This document shows positions 40,519 to 51,339 of a stretch of 64,000 nucleotides of DNA, piece after piece. A program made the position numbers and the translations under genes. The notes under the pieces are model-generated. The model was given only the letters and a program-made list of their open reading frames with translations. It made no database searches and was not told the DNA's origin. Numbering within the stretch: position 1 is the first letter of the stretch; each line of letters begins with the position of its first letter. Source of the stretch: Vicugna vicugna. Taxonomy: Eukaryota. The stretch lies in NCBI GenBank assembly GCA_013265495.1, contig MU061579.1, forward strand, positions 6,548,124-6,612,123, given 5' to 3'.

Positions 40519-40862
40519 TAATTGTCCCTTGATATCGAAAGGGGATTGATTTCAGAAACTCTCTTGGATACCAAAATATGAGATGCTCAAGTGCTTTATA
40601 TAATATGGTGAAGTATTTGTACATAACCTATGCAATCCTCTATGCTTCAAATCATCTCTAGATTACATATAACACCTAATGCAATGTAAATGCTATGTAA
40701 ATTGTTGTAAAAACAATGCAAATGCTGTAAAAATAGCTGCTGGCATGTGGCAAATTCAAGTTTTATTTTTTGGAACTTGCTGGAAATTTTTTAAAAATAT
40801 TTTTGATCTGTAGTTGGTTGAATCCATGGATGGGGAACCTGCAGAAATGGAGGGCCAACTAT
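40519..40862. mobile_element. MER2(B)-like TcMar-Tigger MITE
   Basis: ggataccaaaatatgagatgctcaagt; aaatcatctctagattac; gttggttgaatccatggatggggaacctgcagaaatggagggccaact; TA flanks. Confidence 0.9.
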
Positions 40863-41204
40863 ATATAGGTGAATAGATAGATAGATTATATAGATATATA
40901 ACATCAAACTATAATACCTATATTAGGTTCCTCTAAGAAGTTAATGTATTATCATACCTGGTCATCTCACACATTTGTGTTATTTGCCTGAATCCCAAAG
41001 GCATTTAAGTTTATTTATAAGCCCTGATCTAAGTGATGGAAAGACAATTTGCCTAAATGAGTTTCATTTAAATTAATTCAATTAAACATTATGCATAGGT
41101 GAATAGGTGGCTGCCTATATACAGTGTGATGTGAAGACATCCTATACCTCCTTTTCCTTTTGATTCATCAATGTCTAAATGGCAATATTAAAATGCTATT
41201 ACAA

Positions 41205-41806
41205 CCCCAATGTTCATAGCAGCACTATTTATAATAGCCAAGACATGGAAACAACCTAAATATCCATTGACAGATGACTAGATAAAGAAATTTTAGTATA
41301 TATAGTGGAATACTACTCAGCCATAAAAAGAATAAAGAATAAAATAAGGTCATTTGCAGCAACATGAATGGACATAGAGATCATCATTCTAAGTAAAGTA
41401 AGCCAGAAAGAGAAAGAAAAATAACATATGATATCACTTATATGTAGAATCTAAAAAAGAGACACAAATGAGCTTATTTACAAAACAGAAATAGACTCAC
41501 AGACATAGAAAACAAATTTGTGGTTGCTGGTGGGGAAAGGGATGAGAAGGAATAAGTTGGGAGTCTGAAATTTGCAGATACTAACTACTATACATAAAAT
41601 AGATAAACAACAAGTTTCTTCTTATAGCACAGGGAACTATATTCAGTATCTTGTAGTTACCTATAATGAAAAAGAATATGAAAATGAATATATGTATGTT
41701 TGTATATGACAGAAACATTGTGCTGTACACCAGAAATTGACACAACATTGTAAACTGACTATCCTTCAGTTAAAAAAGAGAGATTAAAAAAATCACACAC
41801 ACACGC
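41205..41806 (+). mobile_element. 5'-truncated cetartiodactyl-type L1
   Basis: ccccaatgttcatagcagcactattt; tatagcacagggaactatattcag; perfect 14-bp TSD aaatgctattacaa (41191-41204; 41807-41820). Confidence 0.93.
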
Positions 41807-43912
41807 AAATGCTATTACAAACCACAGAGGTTTTAGACAAATGCAGTAGTCTATGCTACTACTAGTACCAAATATACATTTTTCAGTAGAATTTATCACC
41901 TCAGTCTCTAAAGCAACTTCTTATGGTTTTGAGGATATAGGAATCGCAGGAAGTCCATCATTAAATTGGGCACAGCAAAGGTAAAGTTCAAAGACATGAC
42001 TGGTCAGGAAGGTTCAAAAAGGAAAGAGGAATGAGAGATAAGTTGAAAATGTTAGAAACAAATGTGGCTTTTAATTTTTAAAGCTTAGGAAACTGCCTAA
42101 GCTTTACTTACTCAGTACCCTGTTTTGTTCACATTTTCATTTACTTTTATATAGAGGTATCCATCCTTCTTTGTTTTAGTGCTGATTCTTGTCCTCACAG
42201 GAATATGAACCCCTTTAAACTGAAGAATGGAGTAACTTGTTCCTGAGATCATTTTTGCTGATAATGTCCCATGTTTCTTTTCAAGATGATTAGACATACT
42301 CAGTCAGCTTCTACAGATGGAATAATCTCTGATTTTTTGAACTTTGGTCTTCCCCCAACTCCACTTTCCAAAACACACAAAACAATCAACAGTTTGTTTG
42401 CAAGGTACTTGTAATGTCTGGCTCTTCCTTTCCTGCCTGGGATTAAGCCCATGCCACACCTTAGCTTCTCCCATGTGTGCTCCTTTGAGTTTATCTCATC
42501 TATTTCTACATCATTGTTGTCTACATCATTGTGTGACTTTCACCAGCGACTGGTAGAGTGGCCCCAGTTCCTTGCTTGGTCTTCTGACATGAACGCCTGT
42601 ATCCTGACGGGAACACCATGATGTTCCATCCTAGACTTTGGACAGATCACCCTATCCACTATGTTACTGAAGTTTATTGTAATCCCTGGAGGTTTTAAAG
42701 TGATAGATGCTGTGTGTGATTTTCAAGAAACACAGATAATTATCAGTGGAAAATCATACCTGAACCATTTCTTAATACATATTTTTCCCAAAGAATTTAA
42801 AGGAAAAACTTCTCTTGATATTTTTTCCCCCGATTTGAGAAGAAGACTGTTAGAGAACAGTCACAGAAAATGTATAATCCTCACCCATGGCCTGGATTTA
42901 TACTATAATAAAGTATATGGACTTATAATTTTCCATTATTCTGTGCTATAAAGAGGCATCAATCTTGCTTTAGATACTGCTGTCAAGTTGAAACATCATT
43001 TCAGGCATAAGCTGAAAATATAAGACTCTTTAGCTACATAGTCATGTAAAAATCATTTAAAAAGAATTCTCTGTGTATGAGTATTCACCAGATTTTTTCA
43101 GCAACGATGTACCAGGCCAGAAGGTTGACAAGATTCATATAATTAGACATGCAAATGCTGCTAATGGAAGCTTTATAATTGCTTTGAAGCACAATCCATC
43201 ATAATCACATATTCTGAAAGCAAATAAGTAACATGATACCTTAAATTGCAGGTTTCATATAGATTGAAGTGTAATCTTCTACTTTCCTTTTATTCTTTAT
43301 GTCTCCCTCACACTCTAATTATTGATAATTCTGGAAGGAAGAATATGCATGCAAGTTTCATCCCTCTTTTAAATGACTTTAGTTTCAAATCTATTTGAAA
43401 AATGCCCTATATTAGGAAGCCCCATGGAATGCTATTAAAAATACACATCTGCCGGGTAATTTTTTCATGTGATTATGTAAAGTAAAATCTTCATAAACAA
43501 AGTAAAGAAAATTATAATCCCCAGTATTAGGTTTTGCAAAATACCCCAAAGCAGTTTTTTTCCCTAATAAGTAAGTCAGAATTAAATTGAACAAATACCA
43601 CCACCAAAATTCAATTTTCTTTCCTTTCATAAAGAGCTGTAAGCAACTGCTCTATAGCTAAAATCCATCACCATGTGCAATGCTACTTTGACCTGGAAGT
43701 AAGTACTATTTTAATTTCCAAGGCATGGCTTGCTATCCTGCACACAGTTGTTTGCCTCTCAATATCCCTTCCCCTTTCTCTCCTAACAGAACTGTTGTTT
43801 TTCCATTTTTGCCCTAAAAGAACCATTGTTTTTCCATTTCTGCCCCACTTCCTTATCTAGCCCATTCTGCTTTCATGGCCATTCCTACTCAGGCCAATGA
43901 GGAGAGAAAGGA

Positions 43913-44422
43913 TGTGAATCAGTTAGCTTTTGTTATATTGTAAACCATTCCAAAGCTTAGTAGCTTCAGCTACCATTTATTTAGCTCATGATTCAGTGAG
44001 CTGGTGATTTGGGCTGGTCTTGCTTGGTGGTTCTTCTGCTTTCAGCCGGGCTCAGTTATGTGTTTTGGAAGTGCCGCCTGGTTGCAGGGCACTGAATTGT
44101 TTCAGCTGCAAAGATTCATTTCTGTTCCATCTGTTTCTCATCACCCAGCAGACAAGCTCAGATTGTTCACCTTGAATCTGGATAGGTTTTCAAGAGAGAA
44201 AGAAGAGGCATAAAAGGCTTCTTGATGCCTAAGCTCTGAGGTGCACACTGTTACTTCCACTGCATTCTGTTGGCCAAAGCAAAACACGAGGCAAGCCCAG
44301 ATTTAATGGGTGGGAAAGCCGAATATGTCTCTTAATGAGAGCAGCTCAAAGTCACACTGCAAGGAAGGGCCATGGATACAAAGAGTAGAGAAATTGGCAA
44401 TGTTTCCAAACATTCTACCATA
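43913..44422 (-). mobile_element. MaLR solo LTR (MLT1H/G-like)
   Basis: ccatttatttagctcatgattc; cacactgttacttccactgcattctgttggccaaagcaa; gcaagcccagattt. Confidence 0.8.
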
Positions 44423-44449
44423 GGGAGTTTGCTAGGTTTTGGGGAATAA

Positions 44450-44642
44450 GTTCCTTTCTTCCTCCCAACCATCCCTGGCCTCCATCAGTCCTAGGCAACC
44501 ACTGATCTTATTTCTGTCACTCAGGATTAGTTTCAGTTTTGAAAAATGTGATTATATGGTATGCACATTTTTTGTCTGGCTTGTTTCACCAGGCACAATT
44601 ATTTTGAGATTCTTCTGAGTTTTGGCATATATCACTAATTCA
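44450..44642 (-). mobile_element. Old L1 (L1MD/ME-like) 3'UTR fragment
   Basis: cctaggcaaccactgatctt; ttttgtctggcttgtttcac; attattttgagattc. Confidence 0.7.
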
Positions 44643-46960
44643 TTTTTTAACTGAAGTATATTCAGTTTTACAATGTTGTGTCAACTTCTGGTGTACAGCA
44701 ATAATAGTTCAGATATACATACATATATTTATTTTCATATTCTTTTTCATCATAGGTTATTATAAGATATTGAATATAGTTCTCTGTGCTATACAGAAGA
44801 AACTTGTTGTTTATTTATTTTATATATAGTAGTTAGTATTTTCAAATCTCAAACTCCCAATTTATCCTTTCCTACCCCCTTTCCCCTTGGTAACCATAGA
44901 TTTGTTTACTGTGTCTGAGTCTGTTACTGTTTTGTAGATAAGTTCATTAGTGTCTTTTTCTTTTTTCTTTCTTTTTTTTTTTTTTAGATTCCACAAATGA
45001 GTGATATCATATGGTATTTTTCTTTCTCTTTCTGGCTTACTTCACTTAGAATGACTATCTACAGGTCCATCCATGTTGCTGCAAATGGCATTATTTTATT
45101 CCTTTTTATCACTGAGTAGTATTCCATTGTATAAACATACCACAACTTCTTTATCCAGTCATCAGTTGATGGACATTTAGGTTGTTTCTGTGTCTCAGTT
45201 ATTGTATGTAGTGCTGCTATGAACATTAGGGTGCGTGTATCTCTTCGAATCAGAGGTCCCTCTGGTTATATGCCCAGTAGTAGGATTGCTGGATCATATG
45301 GTAAGTCTATTTTTAGTTTTTTGAGAAATCTCCATACTGTTTTCCATAATGGCTGCACCAAACTACATTCCCACCAGCAGTGTAGGAGGGTTCCCTTTTC
45401 TCCACATTCTCTCTAGCATTTATGGTTTGTGGACTTTTTAATGATGGCCATTCTGACTGGTGTGAGGTAATATCTCACTGTAGTTTGATTTGCATTTCTC
45501 TGATAATTAGTGATAATCATTTTTTCATATGCCTATTGATCATTCATATGTCTTTACTGGAGAATTGCTTTTTTAGGTCTTCTGCCCATTTTGGATTGGG
45601 TTGTTTGTTTTTTTGTTATTAAGTTGTATGAGATGTTTATATATTCTGGAAATTAAGCCCTTGTCAGTTGCATAATTTGCAAATATTTTCTCCCATTCTG
45701 TAGGTTGTTTTGTTTTGCTTGTGTTTCCTTTGCTATTAAAAAGCTTATAAGTTTAATTAGGTCCCATTTGTTTAATTTTGCTTTTATTTCTATTGCCTGG
45801 ATAGACTTCCCAAGGAGAACATTGCTAAGATTTGTGTCAGAAAATGTTTTGCGTATGTTTTTCTTCTAGGAGTGTCTTGTCTTACATTTAAGTCTATAAG
45901 CCATTTTGAGTTTATTTTTGTGTGTGGTGTGAGGGAGTGTTTTAACTTCATTTCTTTACATGAGGCTGTCCAGTTTTCCCAACACCACTAGCTGAAGAGA
46001 CTGTCCTATCTCCATTGTATATTCTTGCCTCCTTTGTTGAAGACTGATTGACCATAAGTCTGTAGGTTTATTTCTCAGCTCTCTATTCTGCTCCATTGAT
46101 CCATATGTCTGTTTTTGTGCCAATACTCACTGGAAAAAGTTTGTCCAATCTGTTCCATTGATTCATATGTGCTGGTTTGATTACTGTAGCTCTGAAGTAC
46201 TGTCTGAAGTCTGGGAGGGTTATGCCTCTAGCTTCATTCTTTTTTTTCAGTATTGCTTTGACAATCCTGGGTCTTTTGGAATTCCACATAAATTTTAGAA
46301 TGATTTTGTTATAGTTCTGTGAAAAATGTCCTGGGTAATTTGATAGAGATCTCATTAAATCTGTAGATTGCTTTGGGTAGTATGGCCATTTTAACAATAT
46401 TAATTCTTCCAACCCAAGAGCATGGGATATCTTTCCATTTTTTAAGTCATATTTAATTTCCTTAATCAATGTTTTACAGTTCTCCGTGTATGAGTCTTTC
46501 ACCTCCTTGGTCAGATTTATTCCTAAGTATTTTATTTTTTTGGTTGTGATTTTAAAAGGGACTGTTTCTTTACTTTTTCTGATATTTCATTGTTAGTGTA
46601 AAGAAATGCAACTGATTTCTGTATGTTAATCTTTTATCCTGCTATTTCGCCAAATTCTTTTATCGGCTCTAATAGTTTTTGTGTGACATCTTCAGGGTTT
46701 TCTATATACAGTAGCATGTCATCTGCATATAGTGACAATCTTACCTCTTCTCTTCCAATTTGGATCTTTTTTATTTCTTTTTCTTGACTGACTGCTATGG
46801 CTAGGACTTCCAATACTATGTTGAATAGAAGTGGTGAAAGTGGGCAGCCTTTCTTATTCCAGATTTTAGTGGGAAGGCTTTCAACTCTTCACCATTGAGT
46901 ATTATGCTGGCTGTGGGTTTGTTGAAAATAGCTTTTATTATGTTGAGATATGTTTCTCTC
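44643..46960 (-). mobile_element. 5'-truncated cetartiodactyl-type L1 (RT through 3'UTR)
   Basis: Antisense 3' end ttttttaactgaagtatattcagttttacaatgttgtg; YADDM (catgtcatctgcata, 46715-46729); ORF 46083-46502 KFMWNSKRPRIVKAILKKKNEARGITLPDFRQY. Confidence 0.95.
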
Positions 46961-48310
46961 AGGCTTCTATAAAGATTTTATTTTTGGCTTCCCACTAGTT
47001 TTAAATAATTTAATTATGATATGCCTTGGTGTAGTTTTTTTCCTTGTTTCTTTTGCTTGGAGTTTATTGTGTTTCTTGGATCTGTGAGTTTATAGTTTTC
47101 ACCAAATTTTGAAAAAGTTTGTCCATTATCTCTTCAAATATTATTTTGGTCTCTCACCCTTTTTTTTCTTTAGGGCTCTGCGTATACATAGATTTGGCTG
47201 CTTGAAGTTCTTTCACATTTCACTGATGCTCTGGATTTTCCTTTCCAGTGCCTTTAATCATTTCATTTCATTTTGGATAGTTTAAAAATTTTTTCCCCCA
47301 CACAGTGTTTTTTTTTCACCTCAGACATTTTAGTCTGTATCTCTAGATGTTTGATTTTGTGTTTTAATTTTTTTATTTCCCTATTTTACATAATCAGCTT
47401 TCCTCTAGCTTCTTGAACATATGTAATATAGTCAAAATGACTGTTCTAATGTTCTTGGCTACTAATTCTATCATTGATGTAATTTCTGGTTCAGTTTCAC
47501 TAGAATGATTTTTTTTCCCCTCATTATGAGTTGTATTTTCCTGCTCTTTCTAGGTCTGTTGATTTTTGACTGGGTAGTGATATGATTAATTTTATCTTTT
47601 GTGGTGCTAAATATTTTCATATCCTCAAAATATTCTTGAACTTTATTTGTGACAGGCTTATTACATGAAAACAGTTTGATCCTTTTGCATCTTGCTTTTC
47701 AGCTTTGTTAGTCAGGGTTGACTTTCTCCCTACTACAGAGGCAAGATTTTTATTATTCACACTAATGTCCCATGAATGATGAGTTTTTTTTTCTTTTTCT
47801 TAACTCTTTCTGTTGGGAAGACACCTTATTCCTAGCTGTATGTGAATTTTGGAAACTATTTCCTCTAATCCTTTTAGTTGTCTCTTTCCTGGGCTTTCAG
47901 TAGTTTATTCACACACATGTACCTAACAGTACTCAAGAATACTTAATAGGAATCCACCCCAGGTCTTCAGAATTCTCTTTCCCTGAAGCTATTACTACTC
48001 TAGTATTTTGCTCTTCTTAGTCTAGCTTCCTTGGTTCTTAAGACTCCCAGGGTCATTTCATCAACTCAGGGAAATTGCCTGACTATACTTGGGTTCCTCC
48101 TACTCGTCCTAGAGTCTGAAAACATTCTCCATACAGTGAGCCAGGGCAATTGTAGGGCTTACTTCATTTTTCTCATCACTTAGGGATCACTCTCTATTTT
48201 CTGATCCCTATAGTCTAGAGTGCCCTTTTCCTCTCATCTAGTTTATATATTTTTTTAGTTATTCTGACAGGAGTATACACCTGGTACCTATTATTTCACC
48301 TTAACTGGAG
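46961..48310 (-). mobile_element. Old L1 ORF1/5'UTR region (L1MD/L1M4-like)
   Basis: attatgatatgccttggtgtag; tttcttggatctgtgagtttatagttttc; aaaacagtttgatccttttg; caactcagggaaattgcc; gtgagccagggcaattgtagggctt. Confidence 0.8.
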
Positions 48311-49149
48311 AATATCATTGTATACTGATATATTTAATGCAACTTTAGAAGCATACATTCAAAGAACTGTTTGAATGAGTGCATGAAGAATTGCTATATT
48401 GATCAGGAGCCCAGGAGCAGAGAAAATGATGGTTACTGTTTTAATACTGGATCATTAATAGTTTTCCTACTATAAGTGCTGTGGAAGAACTGGGCTACCT
48501 GATTTTCTGCTTGTTGGATGGAAAATGTAAAAGGCCAGCGAAGGAAGGATATGATGTTAAAATTTCCTAGCAGTAAGTACTCTGGCAGTGCCAGGATTAA
48601 AAATGATAATGGTAGCGGCACAGAACATCCAAATGGAAAAATGATAAGGATAAGATTTTACATTTCCTTTTCTTTTGATTAATCTTAACAATCATCAACT
48701 AAAATAGGTGATACACACTGTTTCTGTCACATACACAATAACATACTCAGAACTGCAGATGCAAAAAAGGATAATGAAATACTACTAACACTTATAAAAC
48801 AATTAAAATGCCATAAGATTAATTATTTAATTACTTTTAAAAATAGTTATTTCTAAGTATGTTTTCTTTTAATTAAGCAATCTTTACCATTTAGAAAAAG
48901 TAGAAGTGCTATTATTACATTAAAATTGTGAGTCATTCTCTTATTCCTTTATAATTGTACGAAAACAATTTATATTTTACAATTCTTTTTATAGTCAGAT
49001 AGGTCCTTCAACAACACTAGAAATAAGTATTTTATTTTAAATACAACAAGGAGCTTATATTTTTAGTTAAGCTTATCAAGCACCAGATAATTTGAAAATT
49101 CACTAAAAAATAGCTGGTATTCTATACATAAAGAGTATACAAGCTTTTC

Positions 49150-49440
49150 TTTTCTCTCTAGATATGTCTAAAAAGTACTCAGAGTTAATTTATCCAGTGA
49201 ATCTGCCAGTTAAATCATTACCATCAGTACCACTTCAAATTGATGAGGACTGAAACCATTTTTGTACACTTTCTTCAAGGCTAGTTTATTGTCTTCAATT
49301 CGCAATTATTCCTCTTTGGCAAAAAGTCACATACTTTCTCATGCTTTCCTAAAGGCTAATTTTATCCTCTTCTTTACATAGTCAAACATTTCTTGTAATT
49401 GTTTTGGCAGAAAGAGAAGATTTTATTTTTCTTGGTTCAC
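49150..49440 (-). mobile_element. Possible ancient hAT transposase remnant
   Basis: By-eye, frameshift-tolerant antisense translation FLPKQLQEMFDYVKEEDKIS loosely resembles hAT transposases; shares motifs with 61090-61225. Confidence 0.3.
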
Positions 49441-50479
49441 TTAATAAAGAGGACTATAGGAAAGTTACAAGTATTCAACTTAAAATGTGTTTTATTATAT
49501 TATACTTTTGACAGAAGCTCATTGTGGGCATTTTGAAAACTCATAATGTTAAAAGGAAGTGAGGGAAAGAAATATACATAGTTCTACCACCTAGAGATGA
49601 AAACTATTAACATTTAGAATATTTGGTTCTAGTTTAAGAAGCCTAATTTGATTTTTGACTGCAGTTTGTATATGATTTGTTTCTATCCCAACCCATGTGG
49701 TTACTCACCAGATGGAGAAACTCCACTAATTATCTATGTCTCCTCCAGTGTCACATTTACCAGTTGGCACTCTCACCACAGCTCTTCTGAGCCCTTCTAC
49801 TATGTTGCAGTATACTGCTTGATGTCTCCACAGCTGTGTCACTCTCCTTTGTAAACTTAAGCCACCCACAGCCCTTCTTGGTTATGAAGAGAGAGATAAT
49901 TAGAAACCTCCAAGTGGGCTCAACCTATCATTCAGTTATTGGTTTTGAGATCTTTCAAAGTACATTCAGGAAATCGACTGAGACTTAAGCGGTGCAGTAT
50001 GGTATAGGATGAAATTCACCAGTGTAAGAGAAAATACTACTGAGCACTGAGAGTATTTCTCCCATCTGCCCTCCTCTTCTGGGAACAGATATATGTCTAG
50101 ACAATCTTAGGGCTACTTGCCTGCAGCCAAAGATGAAGAAGGATGGACACAAACCGAGAGCAAATATGGGAAGAAAGTTTTAAAGTTCCTTTCCTGCCTC
50201 CCTAGCACCGTGACTTGTAATGGCCTGGGCACAGGTATCAGAGGCAAGGGTTTGATGAGAGGGCAAGTGCAAGTGGGCAGGTGAGTAGCCCCTCCAAACC
50301 TCCAAAGACAAGCAGCCTGCTAATATTCTGCCTAAGGATCTCATGATGAAATCCTGACCAGAGATTTAATCTGGCTGAATGGCAGCAGTAGTCAGCAGGG
50401 TTTCTGTGGGGCTGGCACTTTTCACCCAGGGCTCACCCCTTCCTCGTCCTTAGAATTACCAGGGGGTAATTTACCTGGC

Positions 50480-50780
50480 TTTCAGCCTTTGTCCAACACA
50501 CATTATCAGACAGAGAAGCTGAAACACCTAAGAAAACACAAGCTTACAGGCACAAATATCCATTTACTTGAGCTGTACCACTACTACAAAGAAAAAACAG
50601 GGACAACATGAGCCACATGAATCATAACTACCAGAATTCTCAAGTCAACAATGTAGAATAAGCCCTATAGAGACAAAATATAAGGAGAAATATTAATGAT
50701 ATTTAAAAACAGATGAAAGAGAAAATAAAAGAAGTAAGAGGAAATATTTGATCTGAAAAATATAATAGTTTTAAAAAGTT
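50480..50780 (+). mobile_element. Old L1/HAL1 ORF1-region fragment
   Basis: A-rich text typical of decayed ORF1 (aaacacctaagaaaa; attaatgatatttaaaaacagatgaaagag; gatctgaaaaatataatag). Confidence 0.35.
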
Positions 50781-50785
50781 AATTG

Positions 50786-51062
50786 GAGTAAAGTACTGCA
50801 GCCACTATGGAAAAACAATATGGAAGTTCCTCAAAAATTAAAAACAGAATCACTGTATAATCCAGCAACTCCATTCTGGGCACACACCCAGAGGAACTGA
50901 AAACAGGGTCTTGGAAAGATATTTATGCATCTGTATCTATAGCAGCGTTATTCACAATAGACAAAAAAGGAAGCAACCCAAATGTCCATCAACAAATGAA
51001 TGGATAAACTCAATGTGGTATATATAAACAGTGGACTAATATCCAGCCTTGAAAAGGAATGA
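50786..51062 (+). mobile_element. L1 (L1MB-like) ORF2 C-terminal fragment
   Basis: gcagccactatggaaaaac; aatccagcaactccattctggg; gcaacccaaatgtccatcaacaaatgaatggataaac. Confidence 0.88.
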
Positions 51063-51245
51063 TTACCTGCAGCTTTGTAATAATTTTTGAAATCAGAAAG
51101 TGGGAGACTTCTAACTTTGTTCTTCTTTTTCAAAATGGGCTATTTGGAGTCCTTTGAGATTTTATGTAAATTTTAAGAATTAGTTTTTCATTTCCACAAA
51201 AAGATGCTATTGGGATTTTGACAGGGATTGCATTAAATCTACAGA
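51060..51245 (-). mobile_element. L1 ORF2 fragment, opposite orientation
   Basis: Minus-strand ORF KKKNKVRSLPLSDFKNYYKA; gggattttgacagggattgcattaaatctac. Confidence 0.88.
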
Positions 51246-51339
51246 AACACATGCATGTTTAAGCCAATTAATCTTAATTCTAAAACTTCATAAATTATTA
51301 TAAGACAGGAGAATTATAGCTTCATTTTGTTTGTGAACC

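Noticed and set aside
48477..48578. Possible internal exon ending at gca/gtaagt
   Set aside because: Weak acceptor, stop codons in the frames I translated, and no recognisable peptide.
50786..51245. Classical twin-priming inversion
   Set aside because: The fragments converge rather than diverge, and there is no poly(A) or TSD.
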